The notes under the pieces were generated by a model. The model was not told where the DNA came from and did not search any database. It saw nothing but the letters and a program-made list of their open reading frames with translations. This document shows positions 1 to 9,691 of a stretch of 64,000 nt of DNA, piece after piece. The DNA comes from Vicinamibacteria bacterium. Lineage in GTDB: Bacteria > Acidobacteriota > Vicinamibacteria > Marinacidobacterales > Marinacidobacteraceae. The position numbers were made by a program, and so were the translations under genes. The DNA lies in NCBI GenBank assembly GCA_963555995.3, contig OY821641.1, positions 2,784,001 to 2,848,000 on the forward strand, given 5' to 3'. Position 1 is the stretch's first letter; each line of letters begins with the position of its first letter.

Positions 1-219
1 CGGGTCCCGCTGGACGACGAAGTCCCGTGGACCGGTATGCGCCCGCTCACCCCAACCAGCGTTCCGCTGATCGGCCGGCCTCCCGGGCGGGACGGGCTGC
101 TCGTCGCGGCCGGCCACGGCATGCTCGGCTTCACCCAGTCCCTCGGCACCGGCCGACTGATCCAGCAACTCGCCGACCGCGAAGAGCCGAGCGTGGACCT
201 GGCGCCGTTCGCGCCGTAG
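1..219 (+). CDS. FAD-dependent oxidoreductase (D-amino acid dehydrogenase/DadA-like), C-terminal part, truncated by window edge
   Basis: Frame +1 is open from base 1: WTGMRPLTPTSVPLIG...AAGHGMLGFTQSLGTG...DLAPFAP, the typical DAO-family C-terminus. Confidence 0.8.
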   Translation, partial: RVPLDDEVPWTGMRPLTPTSVPLIGRPPGRDGLLVAAGHGMLGFTQSLGTGRLIQQLADREEPSVDLAPFAP

Positions 220-298
220 CGCTCGGAGCGCCGGCCTCCGGCTGCCGCGAAAATGCAGCCGTGCGCGATTGCCCAAGCGCTGTGATGGCGCTGCCGGC

Positions 299-457
299 TT
301 GGAACGCCGGCTTCAGCCGGCACAGCGGCCCGCAGGGCCGCGGGCTGTTCGTCGCCACCCGAGTGCATGGGCGCGCGCAGCCGAGCCATCCCCGCGACCG
401 GGGTCCGTCCCGCCGCCCGCCTGCGGCGGGCTGTGCCGGCTGAAGCCGGCGTTCCAA
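299..457. repeat. REP doublet (REPIN-like): inverted GGAACGCCGGCTTCAGCCGGC copies around a conserved spacer
   Basis: TTGGAACGCCGGCTTCAGCCGGCACAGC ... GCTGTGCCGGCTGAAGCCGGCGTTCCAA; homologous doublet at 12419-12575. Confidence 0.85.
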
Positions 458-611
458 ACGGTCCCCGCCACCCTGGGCCTCGGCGTCCCGGCCGCATTCT
501 GATGTCCGGGGGGTGTACAGGTGGACGGAACAGGACGGTTTCTCCCGAATGGGGGTGCGAGCGCAGCGAAACCCAACTGGCCAACGCACCCGGACGACGC
601 CGGGTAAGCGT

Positions 612-1223
612 CTATTCCGCCTCCGCGAGTGTCATGCGGCCCAGCGCCAGCACCGTGACAGAGCCGTAAACGCCACCGAAAAGGGCACCGAACAGCGGGC
701 TCTCGCCGTGGAGCCCCGCAAACGAGCCCACGAGCATCGTTACCAGCGCGCCTCCCAGGAAACCGACGGCGCAGCCCCCGGCGAGCCACATCGGACGGGA
801 GACGTGCCGTCGCAGGACCAGGGTGTGTGCGCGGAGGAAGGCAGCGACCCCAAAGACCAGCACAGCTGCCGCACCCAGCACCTCGGCTCCCAGCAAAGTC
901 AGGCCGGCCAGAGCGCCAAAACCGGCCGCAGCCCCCGCGGCCCCGCCGGCGGCACCCGCCGCCGGCCAGCGGGCGGCCCAGGCCACCCGGCCACGAAGCA
1001 CGAGCCACTGCGCGAGCGCCACTCCGCCGAGCGTCCCGCCTCCGGCCACCACGCCCACCACCGCCTCGCCGAAGACCGAACCCAGCGCCTCGTGCGCCGC
1101 ACCCCCCACCAGATAGGACAGCGGCCGAGCCACCGTCCCGGCTACCGCCATCCCGGCCGCACTGGCCAGGATCCAGCGAATACGGAACGCGCGGCCAGTC
1201 AACCCGACATCAGGATCGGACAC
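612..1223 (-). CDS. Hypothetical multi-pass membrane protein
   Basis: Hydrophobic Gly/Ala-rich segments (ALAQWLVLRGRV) in the 3' part of ORF 612..2783; GTG start at 1223 inferred. Confidence 0.7.
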   Translation of the reverse strand: MSDPDVGLTGRAFRIRWILASAAGMAVAGTVARPLSYLVGGAAHEALGSVFGEAVVGVVAGGGTLGGVALAQWLVLRGRVAWAARWPAAGAAGGAAGAAAGFGALAGLTLLGAEVLGAAAVLVFGVAAFLRAHTLVLRRHVSRPMWLAGGCAVGFLGGALVTMLVGSFAGLHGESPLFGALFGGVYGSVTVLALGRMTLAEAE

Positions 1224-1237
1224 GGCGAGGAAACCCC

Positions 1238-2674
1238 TCAGCGGACCTTCTCGGAGTAGTTCACCCCTACGTAGATGCGGGTCGCCGTGCCCTCGTCGTT
1301 CACCTGGAAGCGGACGAGCTCCCCGTGGGCGCCGAAGCCGTCGCTTTCGAGGCGGAAGACGTGGGGTTCGTCGGTGGGATTCAGGGTTCCCCGGGAGCGG
1401 TCCGGGTTCTCGGAGAGCGGGGAGAAGACCACCAGTTCGTCCTCGAGGCGGAGGACGCTGGTGTCTCCCCAGCGGTTCCGGTAGGTGCCGATGTAGATGT
1501 CCCAGGCGGCGTCGTACGCCGCCTTTTCTTCTTCTTCCTCCGCCAGGTGCGGGGCAACCCACTCGAACGCCTTTTCGACGAACCGGCCCGGGTTGCCGTC
1601 GCCGGCGTTCGTGAAGACCACCACGCCGACCTTCTCTTCGGGACTCAACTGCGTCTGGGTGCGGTAGCCGGGGTAGGAGCCCCCGTGGCCGACGAGGTCG
1701 CGGTCCTCGGTGTGGCGCACCGAGAAGCCGAGTCCCCAGCCGCCGGTCCACGAGGACTGGACCCAGTGGACCCGCTGCATTTCGCGCAGGGTGTTGGTCG
1801 CGAGCACCTTGTCGCTCTGGCGGTCGCGCACCCGCATCTGCCACTGCAGGAACCGGAGCATGTCGGGCACGCTGGACGAGAACCCGGTCGCGGGATCGAA
1901 GGAATGGGCGTCCACGAAGGGCATGGTCTGCCGGGACCCGTCCGCCATCCGCCGGCCGTATCCGGTGGCGAGGCGGCTCTCGTGGTCCGCCGGAATCGGT
2001 CCGACGCTCGTCGAGTCCATCCCGAGCGGCTCGAGGATGCCCTGGTTCACGAGTTCGGCGAAGGACTTCCCGGAAGCCGCCTCGGCCACCATCCCGGCCA
2101 GCGTGAAGCCCAGGTTCGAGTACTTCCACTTGGTCTCGGTCGCGTAGGTGGTCTCCTGGTCCGAGACCGTGTCGCGCACCGCCTCGGCCTCGGGGAACTC
2201 GAACTCGGTCCAGGCCGGGTGGATGGACTCCCGCGGCAGGCCGGCGGTGTGGGTGAGGAGGTGCCGCACGGTCACCGCCCGGGCCTCCGGATGACGGTTC
2301 TCGATGTCGAACCAGGGGAGGTGCTCGATGATGGGGTCGTCGAGACGAAGCGTCCCGGCGTCCCGCTCGCGCAGCACGCTGATCGCGGTGAAGAGCTTCG
2401 AGTGGGAGGCGATCCGGAAGATCGAGTCCTCCTTCATCGGCGCCTTGGGATCCAGGGAAGAGTGTCCGTAAGCCTTCAGGAAGACGACGTCCTGGTCGTG
2501 GACGATCCCGATCACGAGACCGACCCCCGAGTACTCGACCTGCGTGCGGACCCACTCGTCGAGCATGGTGATGCCGGCCCGGACCTTCGGGTCCGGGTGT
2601 TCGGCCCCGGCAGCGGGCTGGGCGGAGAGGAGGGCGGCGAGGACAGCGCCCGCCAAGGCGATTCGTCGGAGCAT
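1238..2674 (-). CDS. Serine hydrolase, beta-lactamase class C/AmpC-like family, with signal peptide
   Basis: SxxK (ASHSKLF), YxN (KYSNLG), LLTHTAGL and GHGG motifs; start MLRRIALAG. Confidence 0.9.
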   Translation of the reverse strand: MLRRIALAGAVLAALLSAQPAAGAEHPDPKVRAGITMLDEWVRTQVEYSGVGLVIGIVHDQDVVFLKAYGHSSLDPKAPMKEDSIFRIASHSKLFTAISVLRERDAGTLRLDDPIIEHLPWFDIENRHPEARAVTVRHLLTHTAGLPRESIHPAWTEFEFPEAEAVRDTVSDQETTYATETKWKYSNLGFTLAGMVAEAASGKSFAELVNQGILEPLGMDSTSVGPIPADHESRLATGYGRRMADGSRQTMPFVDAHSFDPATGFSSSVPDMLRFLQWQMRVRDRQSDKVLATNTLREMQRVHWVQSSWTGGWGLGFSVRHTEDRDLVGHGGSYPGYRTQTQLSPEEKVGVVVFTNAGDGNPGRFVEKAFEWVAPHLAEEEEEKAAYDAAWDIYIGTYRNRWGDTSVLRLEDELVVFSPLSENPDRSRGTLNPTDEPHVFRLESDGFGAHGELVRFQVNDEGTATRIYVGVNYSEKVR

Positions 2675-2688
2675 TCTCGTGAGGCCGG

Positions 2689-3882
2689 TTACCGGCGGAA
2701 GACGACGGCTCCGTCCACCAGAACGACGGCCGTCTTGGCGTAGGTGCCGATGGGATGCGAATCCCAAAGTACAACGTCGCCATCGAGTCCGACGGCGAGA
2801 CTCCCGATCCGGCCCTCCACTCCCAGGATCGCGGCGGAGTCCGCGGTCACCGCGCCGAGCGCGGCTTCCTGCGGGAGTCCATGCGCCCAGGCGACGATCG
2901 CTTCCATGGCGACCGACCGGCCGCGGGAGCCGAAGGTGGAGAGCGCGATCCGGACGCCGGCCTCGTGGAGGACGCCCGCCGTCGCGGGCGAGTGGCCCTT
3001 GAGTTCCATCGGGCCGCCGTCCCCGATCCCGATGACGGAAGGTCCGACCACCACCGGCACTCCCGCCTCGGCGAGCCGGGACGCCACCGCCGCCGCGCCG
3101 GCCGCCTGATCGAGGACCAGCCGCACGTCGAACTCACCGGCCACCCGGAGCGCCGTCTCGATGTCGTCGGGCTTGTTGGCGAGCATCCGGAGCGGGATTT
3201 CACCGGCCAGGAGGCGGCCCAGCACTCCTCCGGCCTCACCCTCGATGGCGTCCTCGCCCGCGCGGACCAGGGTGCTGCGGAAGTCGTAGATCATCCCCTG
3301 CCGGGTGGTGCGTCCGACCGGCGCCTCCCTTCCGGGCGCCGTGTCCCCGACAGCGGTCTCGCCGAAAGAGGCGGCCACCGCGGTCTCCTCGGCCACGATG
3401 GCGGTGTCCGCCGAGCCGGCCAGCTTCACCACGGCTCCGGTGCCGCCGATCAGCAGCCGCGGATCGGGGGCCAGATAGACCGCGGTGACGCCGGACTGGA
3501 GCCAGAGCGGAGCGAGACCCTCGGCGAAGCGGTCCACCGCGCGGAGCTGCGGGGCGACGGCGTCGCCGGCCTCGCCGGCCAGGCTGATCAGCGCGCCCCC
3601 GCCGGCGGGGCTGGTCCCGAGATACGTCTGCGCATCAATGAACCCGGGCGTGACCACCATCCCCTCGGCCGCGATCACGTCGGCGCCGTCGGGAAGCTCG
3701 ACGCCGGCGCCGACGGCGGTGATCTTCCCGTCCTCGATGACTACCGTCGCCCCGGCGAGGACCTCGCCGGTCCCGGTGTGGACCTCGCCGCCCACGATGG
3801 CCACCGCCTGGCCGGCGGCCAGACCCGGGCAGGCGAGCGCCAGGGCGAGGGAGATCAGCCGGCGGCGAAGGCGAACCATCAC
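2689..3882 (-). CDS. Amidohydrolase family protein with degenerate metal site
   Basis: TPGFIDAQTY where HxH is expected; GRIGSLAVGLDGDVVLW C-terminal motif; signal peptide. Confidence 0.85.
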   Translation of the reverse strand: MMVRLRRRLISLALALACPGLAAGQAVAIVGGEVHTGTGEVLAGATVVIEDGKITAVGAGVELPDGADVIAAEGMVVTPGFIDAQTYLGTSPAGGGALISLAGEAGDAVAPQLRAVDRFAEGLAPLWLQSGVTAVYLAPDPRLLIGGTGAVVKLAGSADTAIVAEETAVAASFGETAVGDTAPGREAPVGRTTRQGMIYDFRSTLVRAGEDAIEGEAGGVLGRLLAGEIPLRMLANKPDDIETALRVAGEFDVRLVLDQAAGAAAVASRLAEAGVPVVVGPSVIGIGDGGPMELKGHSPATAGVLHEAGVRIALSTFGSRGRSVAMEAIVAWAHGLPQEAALGAVTADSAAILGVEGRIGSLAVGLDGDVVLWDSHPIGTYAKTAVVLVDGAVVFRR

Positions 3883-5144
3883 CAGCCCTCCGGGACCACG
3901 TCGCCGAAGACGTTGAATCCGGTCGCGCGGTTGAAGACCTCCACCCCGTCCACGAACACCCGCATCACCAGGCTCTCGTACGCGAGCGGATCCTCGCCGC
4001 CGAGGATCACGATGTCGGCGTCCTTCCCCGGTTCGAGGCTGCCGATCCGGTCGTCCACGTGGAAGATGCGGGCGCCGTTCAGGGTGAGCGCCGCCAGCGC
4101 GTCCGCGTGCGACATGCCCTGCCGCACGAACATCGCCCCGGTGTGGCGCAGCCAGTAGGCGTGGCCGTCCGGCGGGTCCTGGTGGAACGCGACCAGGCCG
4201 CCGAGTTCCACGAGTTTCACCGGACCCAGCAGGTCCTCGCTCTCGCGGCTGTCACCGGGCAGGACGGGGCCGTAACTGACCGGCATCCCGAGTTCATGCA
4301 GTTCCTCGGCGAGTTCGAGGGTCGCGCCGCCGTGGTGGATGTAGGCGTCGAGGTTGAACCGGCGCATCAGTTCCATCGCGTGGCGCATCTGCTGCTCGGT
4401 GCTGGAGTGGACGCCGAGCACCCACTCGCGGGTGAGCAGCTTGCCGAGAGCCTCGTAGGTCAGGTTCCGCGGGGGTCTCGGGTTCGCGGAATCCGCCTCG
4501 TGGGCGGCGATGGCGTCGAGGTACGCCTGGGCGGCTTCGAGTTCGCCGCTCAGCAGGTCGAAGACTTCCTGCTCGGTCTCGGGGAAGCCGGGATAGGGCG
4601 TCGTGGCCCGGATCGCCATCTTGATGCCGGCGGGAGCGAAGAACATGTCCTCGACGGTGCCGCCCCGCGACTTGACGAGCACCGCCTGGCCGCTGTTGGG
4701 GCTGCGGCTGCCGGTGGTGATGTTCTGGGTGGTGATCCCAGAGGCCAACATCAGCGCAAAAGCGGGGTCTCCCGAGTCGAGCCCATCGATCGCCCGCACG
4801 TGGGCGTTGATCGGTACGGAGAGTTCGTTGTTGTTCGCTCCCGTCGCCGGGATGTTGAGCACCTTGAACCCGGTGTGGGAGTGGCTCTCGACGATGCCCG
4901 GGATGACGCTCATCCCGGTGGCGTCAATCACTTCGGCTCCGGCGGGAACCGGAACGCCGGCGCCCACCGCCTCGATCTTCCCGTCGCGGATCACCACCGT
5001 GCCGCCGGGAATCGGCTCGGAGCTGACCGGATAGACGAGCCCGCCGGTAATGGCGATCAGCCCCGGCTCGGGAGCGCCCGGGCCGCAGGCGGACGCGGCC
5101 AGCACCGTCCCGAGCCCGATGACGAGAGCCGCTCTCCCCTTCAT
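3879..5144 (-). CDS. Amidohydrolase family lipoprotein
   Basis: PGIVESHSH metal motif; RIGSLEPGKDADIVI; lipobox-like LAASAC. Confidence 0.88.
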   Translation of the reverse strand: MKGRAALVIGLGTVLAASACGPGAPEPGLIAITGGLVYPVSSEPIPGGTVVIRDGKIEAVGAGVPVPAGAEVIDATGMSVIPGIVESHSHTGFKVLNIPATGANNNELSVPINAHVRAIDGLDSGDPAFALMLASGITTQNITTGSRSPNSGQAVLVKSRGGTVEDMFFAPAGIKMAIRATTPYPGFPETEQEVFDLLSGELEAAQAYLDAIAAHEADSANPRPPRNLTYEALGKLLTREWVLGVHSSTEQQMRHAMELMRRFNLDAYIHHGGATLELAEELHELGMPVSYGPVLPGDSRESEDLLGPVKLVELGGLVAFHQDPPDGHAYWLRHTGAMFVRQGMSHADALAALTLNGARIFHVDDRIGSLEPGKDADIVILGGEDPLAYESLVMRVFVDGVEVFNRATGFNVFGDVVPEGW

Positions 5145-5236
5145 GGTCGCAGCCCGCGACTGTATCAGGGAGGTCCTTCCGGCCCCTCGGCCACCACCGG
5201 CCCGCGGGGCGGACCGTCGAGGCCAGCGGACCCGGA

Positions 5237-5311
5237 TTGCAAATGCGCTGTTGGATTCGTTGCAATAGTGCTACTGGCTTCGTTGCAAATGTGCGGTTGC
5301 GTTGTTAGCGT
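5237..5311 (+). promoter_or_regulatory. Three 23-bp direct repeats overlapping a putative sigma70 promoter (TTGCAA-N17-TAGCGT)
   Basis: TTGCAA at 5237, 5260 and 5283; -10-like TAGCGT at 5306-5311. Confidence 0.6.
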
Positions 5312-5347
5312 CTCTCCCGGCGAATCCCTTCGGAGCGCCGCAGCACC

Positions 5348-6613
5348 TTGCCGAAAGTCTGGAACTACCTTCCCCGAATCGTCGACCGCGAACTCGACGA
5401 CCGGCTCGCTTCGGCGGGGGCGGTCCTGCTGGAAGGCGCCCGGGCGTGCGGCAAGACCGAGGCGGGAAGGCGCGCCGCCGCGAGCGAAGTCCTGCTGGAC
5501 GTGGACCCGGCGGCGCGGGAAGCGCTCGCCGTGAACCCGGGGCTGGTCCTGGGCGGAAAGACGCCTCGGCTGCTTGACGAATGGCAGATCGCGCCCGTCC
5601 TCTGGAACCAAGTCCGGCGCGCGGTTGACGAGCGACGGGCGGCGGGCCAGTTCATCCTGACCGGGTCCGCCGTTCCGCCGGACGACGCGACCCGCCACAC
5701 CGGCGCGGGCCGGGTGAGCCGGCTGCGGATGCGCCCGATGTCCCTCGCGGAGCTGGGCCACTCCAGCGGCAAGGTCTCCCTGAGCGCTCTTCTCGACAAC
5801 GAGGCGCCTGCCGGAGAGGCCGCGCCGCTCCCCGTCGAGGAACTGGCCGAGACCCTGTGTGTGGGCGGCTGGCCCGGTCATCTCCGTTCCTCGGCGCGCG
5901 CCGCTTTGGTGGCGAACCGCGACTACCTGGAGGATGTCTGCCGGGTGGACCTCGCCAGGGTGGACGGCGTTCGTCGCGACCCCGAGCGGGTGCGCCGGGT
6001 TCTACAATCGCTGGCTCGCAACGTGGCCACCTCGGCGTCACTGGCGACGATCGTTCGCGACGTGAACGGCCCGGACGACTACCTCACGGGGCCTACGGCG
6101 GGCGGATACCTCGCGGCGCTCGAACGCCTGATGGTCGTGGAGGACCAGCCGCCGTGGGCGCCGCGGCTTCGTTCCCGTTCGCGGCTGCGGACCGCCCCCA
6201 AACGGCACTTTGTGGATCCGTCGCTCGCGGTCGCGGCGCTCGGCGCCGAGCCCAGGCGGCTGCTTGCGGATCTCGAGTGGTTCGGATTCCTGTTCGAGTC
6301 CCTGGCGGTCCGTGACCTGCGGGTGTACGCCCAGCCGGTGGGAGCGCGGGTGTACCACTACCGGGACAACACGAACCTCGAGGTGGACGCGATCGTGGAC
6401 GCCGGCCCGGGGCGCTGGGTTGCGTTCGAAATCAAGCTGGGCATGGGCCATGTCGAGGAGGCGGCCGCCAACCTGCTGCGGTTCGCGCAACGGGTGGACA
6501 CGGAGTCGGTGGGGAAACCCGCGGCGCTCGGGGTCATCGTGGGGAGCAGCCCCTATGGATACCGCCGCTCCGACGGCGTGTCCGTGATCCCCGTGGGCGC
6601 GCTCGGGCCCTGA
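5348..6613 (+). CDS. AAA_14 ATPase with DUF4143 (PD-(D/E)xK nuclease-like) C-terminus
   Basis: Walker A GARACGKT, Walker B LLDEWQ, ILTGS, PKRHFVDPSL, EVDAIV...FEIK. Confidence 0.9.
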   Translation: MPKVWNYLPRIVDRELDDRLASAGAVLLEGARACGKTEAGRRAAASEVLLDVDPAAREALAVNPGLVLGGKTPRLLDEWQIAPVLWNQVRRAVDERRAAGQFILTGSAVPPDDATRHTGAGRVSRLRMRPMSLAELGHSSGKVSLSALLDNEAPAGEAAPLPVEELAETLCVGGWPGHLRSSARAALVANRDYLEDVCRVDLARVDGVRRDPERVRRVLQSLARNVATSASLATIVRDVNGPDDYLTGPTAGGYLAALERLMVVEDQPPWAPRLRSRSRLRTAPKRHFVDPSLAVAALGAEPRRLLADLEWFGFLFESLAVRDLRVYAQPVGARVYHYRDNTNLEVDAIVDAGPGRWVAFEIKLGMGHVEEAAANLLRFAQRVDTESVGKPAALGVIVGSSPYGYRRSDGVSVIPVGALGP

Positions 6614-6748
6614 CGATCCGGGCCAACGGGCAGACCCTCGGGGCAACGTAGCGGGTGTCGTGATCGGAGGCGGCAGGTACCCCGGGGGTGAAGCTGCCGG
6701 TGACGCCGCATCCGCCGTTCGGCGCCCTGTAGGTAGAGTGGAGGCGGC

Positions 6749-7648
6749 ATGACGGGCGCGTGGGTCAACATGGACGGCTGGATCGGGCCGGCGCACGAGG
6801 CGCGGGTGAGCCCGGTGGACGCGGGGTTCCTCTACGGGGAGGCGGTATACGAGAACCTGCGGACGTACCGTCACGTCCCCTTCCTCTTCGTCCGGCACCT
6901 GACGCGGCTGCGGAACTCGGCGCGGTTCCTCGGGATTCCGTTTGACATCTCCGACGCGGAGGTCACGGCCCGGCTCCGAGCCACCCAGGAGGCCAGCCGC
7001 ATCGCCGGGGAACACTCGCTCCGGGTGATCCTGACGGCGGGACCCGCGGGCGGCGCGCCCTCCCTCATCATCTTGGTGCGGCCGCTGCCGCCTCTGCCGG
7101 TGGACCCGGAGCGGGAGGGCGTCGGGGTCCTCCTCTCGGACTGGGTCCGCGCCGCGCCGGGCGGGCTCCCCGCCGACGTCAAGACCACCAATCTGCTCGG
7201 GGCGCGGCTGGCGGTGCGGGAGGCGGAAGCGGCAGGGGCGCACGAGGCAGTGATTCGGGGGTCTCACGGCGATCTCGCCGAGGGGGCCACCTCGAACCTC
7301 TTCCTGGTGGAGGACGGCGAGATCCGCACGCCGTCGCTCGACGACGGCCTCCTCCCCGGCATCACCCGAGCCCTGGTGCTGGAGGTGCTCGGCGAACAGG
7401 GGATTCCCTTCCGCGAAACGACCCTCGAGCCGGGGCGGCTCGCCGTCGCCGCCGAGGCATTCCTGACCAGCTCCTCGCGCGAGGTGCTCCCGGTCACCTG
7501 GTCGGTGAAGGCCGGAACGCCGCGCCGGAGCATCGGGGACGGCGCGCCGGGTCCGCTGACGCTGCGCGCCCTGGCCGCTTACCGCCGGGCCGTCGCCCGG
7601 CTCCTCCCCGAATCGCTTCCCGCGCCCGAGCGCGGAGGCGCGCCGTGA
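6749..7648 (+). CDS. Aminotransferase class IV (PabC/IlvE-like PLP enzyme)
   Basis: DAGFLYGEAVYE, HLTRL, KTTN (PLP Lys), EGATSNLF, LLPGITR. Confidence 0.9.
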   Translation: MTGAWVNMDGWIGPAHEARVSPVDAGFLYGEAVYENLRTYRHVPFLFVRHLTRLRNSARFLGIPFDISDAEVTARLRATQEASRIAGEHSLRVILTAGPAGGAPSLIILVRPLPPLPVDPEREGVGVLLSDWVRAAPGGLPADVKTTNLLGARLAVREAEAAGAHEAVIRGSHGDLAEGATSNLFLVEDGEIRTPSLDDGLLPGITRALVLEVLGEQGIPFRETTLEPGRLAVAAEAFLTSSSREVLPVTWSVKAGTPRRSIGDGAPGPLTLRALAAYRRAVARLLPESLPAPERGGAP

Positions 7649-9642
7649 TCGAACTCGGACTCCTCGGCGACCTGGCCCTGCTGGTGGGCCTCGCGATCCC
7701 GATCGTGGCGCTCGCGCACCGCGTGAACGCTCCGCCGCTGCTGGGATTCGTGCTGGCCGGCGTGCTCGTCGGACCCGCCGGCCTCCGGTTGATCGCGGTT
7801 CCCGAAAACATCGAGACGCTGACGGAACTCGGCGTCGCCCTGCTGCTGTTCGCGGTCGGTCTCGAACTGTCGCTCTCCCAGGTGCGGGACTGGGCCCGCA
7901 TGGTGTTCGTGGGCGGCGGGGTCCAGGTGGGCGGGACGATCCTCGTCGTGGCCCTCGCCGCCACCCTGTTCGGGGTCCCGGCGCCCTACGCCCTCTTCTA
8001 CGGCGCGCTCGGCGCGATGTCGTCCACGGCGATCGTCGCCAAGACCATCGCCGACCGGGAAGAACTCGAAACGGAGCACGGCCAGGCTTCGATCAGCCTG
8101 CTGATCTTCCAGGACCTGTCCGTCCTGCCGCTGGTGCTGCTGCTGCCGCTGGTGGCGGGCTTTCAGGGCGACGCGGCCGCGGCCGCCGTCGGCGGACTGG
8201 TTCGCGGGCTGGTGATCGTGACGTTGCTGATCTTCGGCGGACGCCTGCTGGCGCCCTGGGTGCTCGACCGGATCGTGCTGCTCAAGGACCGGGAACTCTT
8301 CACCCTGTGCGTCGCGTTCTTCGGCCTGGGCGCCGCGCTCGTCACCCACACCGCGGGCTTTTCGCTGGCGATCGGGGCGTTTCTGGCGGGCCTCATCCTC
8401 TCGGAGTCGGAATACGGGGTGCAGGCCCTGTCCGACGTGCTGCCCTTCCGCGCCCTGTTCACGGGCGTGTTCTTCAGTTCGATCGGACTGCTGCTGGACC
8501 CGTCGGTCCTGTCGGGAAATCCCCTGCTCGTGATCGGGTTGGGAGTGGCGACGCTGGTGGTCAAGTCGCTGCTCGTCGCCGCCGGAGTGCTGGCGGCCGG
8601 CGGCCGGCTCTCCACCGCCCTCGCCGCCGGTGTGGGTCTCGGCCACGTCGGTGAGTTCGCCTTTCTGCTTGCGGCGGTCGGCGTCCCGCTCGGGCTGTTC
8701 CGGGGCGCCGACTACCAGTTGTTCCTGAGCACGGCGGTGCTCTCCATGATCGCCGCGCCGCTCCTGATCCGGGCCGGTCCGGCCATCGTGGAATGGGTGG
8801 ACCGGCGCCAGCCGCGCGACTCGCACCCGGACGGCGAAGCAATCCACGCCGCCGCGGACCACACGATCGTCGTGGGCTACGGGCTCGCCGGACGCTACCT
8901 GGCGCGGATGCTCCAGGCGGCGGGCATCGCCTGCATCGTGGTGGACCAGAACCCCGAACTGGTGCGCCGGGCGCGCGCCGACGGCATCCCGGCCCTCTTC
9001 GGGGACGGCACCCAGCCGGCCGTGCTCGATCACGTGCAGGCGCGCCGGGCGCGCACGATCTTCTTCACGATCCACTCGCCCGGCAACGAGCGCCGGGGGG
9101 TGGAGCTTGCGCGCGAACTGAACCCGGCGGCCCGGATCGTGGTCCGCACGCGCTACGTGCGGGCGATTGACGACCTGCTGGAGCTCGGCGCCAACGATGT
9201 CGTCGTCGAGGAGTTCGAGGCGTCGCTGGAACTCTTCGCCAAAGCGCTGGAAAGCTACGAAATCCCGGTCAACCGCATCTGGCGCGAACTCGAGTCCGTG
9301 CGCGGCGAGCACTACGGCCTGTTCCGCGGCCGCCCCCATCCCGATCTTCGCCTCGACACGCTGAAGCACCTCGGCATCCACAACGCGCTGGAGCTGGTGG
9401 AGGTCGAGACCACCGCCGCCGCCATCGGAGAGACCGCCTCCGTGATTGATCTCCGGAAGCGTACAGGGGCCATCCAGGTAGCCGTGGTCCGCGACGGCCA
9501 GCCCATCCATGAGCGGCAGGCCGAGACGCGGTATCGGGCCGGCGACACGGTGGTGCTGATCGGGGACCGGGCCAGCCTGGACGCCGCGCTCGAGCTGTTT
9601 CGGTCCCCGCGAGCCGGCGGTCCGCCGTCGCTTCCTTTCTGA
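7645..9642 (+). CDS. CPA2 cation:proton antiporter with TrkA-N/TrkA-C domains (KefB-like)
   Basis: LLFAVGLE, SSTAIV, LIFQDL, GEFAF; IVVGYG Rossmann-like motif and C-terminal RCK_C. Confidence 0.92.
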   Translation: MIELGLLGDLALLVGLAIPIVALAHRVNAPPLLGFVLAGVLVGPAGLRLIAVPENIETLTELGVALLLFAVGLELSLSQVRDWARMVFVGGGVQVGGTILVVALAATLFGVPAPYALFYGALGAMSSTAIVAKTIADREELETEHGQASISLLIFQDLSVLPLVLLLPLVAGFQGDAAAAAVGGLVRGLVIVTLLIFGGRLLAPWVLDRIVLLKDRELFTLCVAFFGLGAALVTHTAGFSLAIGAFLAGLILSESEYGVQALSDVLPFRALFTGVFFSSIGLLLDPSVLSGNPLLVIGLGVATLVVKSLLVAAGVLAAGGRLSTALAAGVGLGHVGEFAFLLAAVGVPLGLFRGADYQLFLSTAVLSMIAAPLLIRAGPAIVEWVDRRQPRDSHPDGEAIHAAADHTIVVGYGLAGRYLARMLQAAGIACIVVDQNPELVRRARADGIPALFGDGTQPAVLDHVQARRARTIFFTIHSPGNERRGVELARELNPAARIVVRTRYVRAIDDLLELGANDVVVEEFEASLELFAKALESYEIPVNRIWRELESVRGEHYGLFRGRPHPDLRLDTLKHLGIHNALELVEVETTAAAIGETASVIDLRKRTGAIQVAVVRDGQPIHERQAETRYRAGDTVVLIGDRASLDAALELFRSPRAGGPPSLPF

Positions 9643-9691
9643 GATTCACCGTCCCCGGCCTTCTCCGCCGGTGGTACATTCGCGGGTGGAC

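Noticed and set aside
500-600. tRNA, SRP RNA, 6S RNA or riboswitch
   Set aside because: No T-loop GTTCRA, no SRP GGAA/AGCAG loop and no riboswitch core that I recognise.
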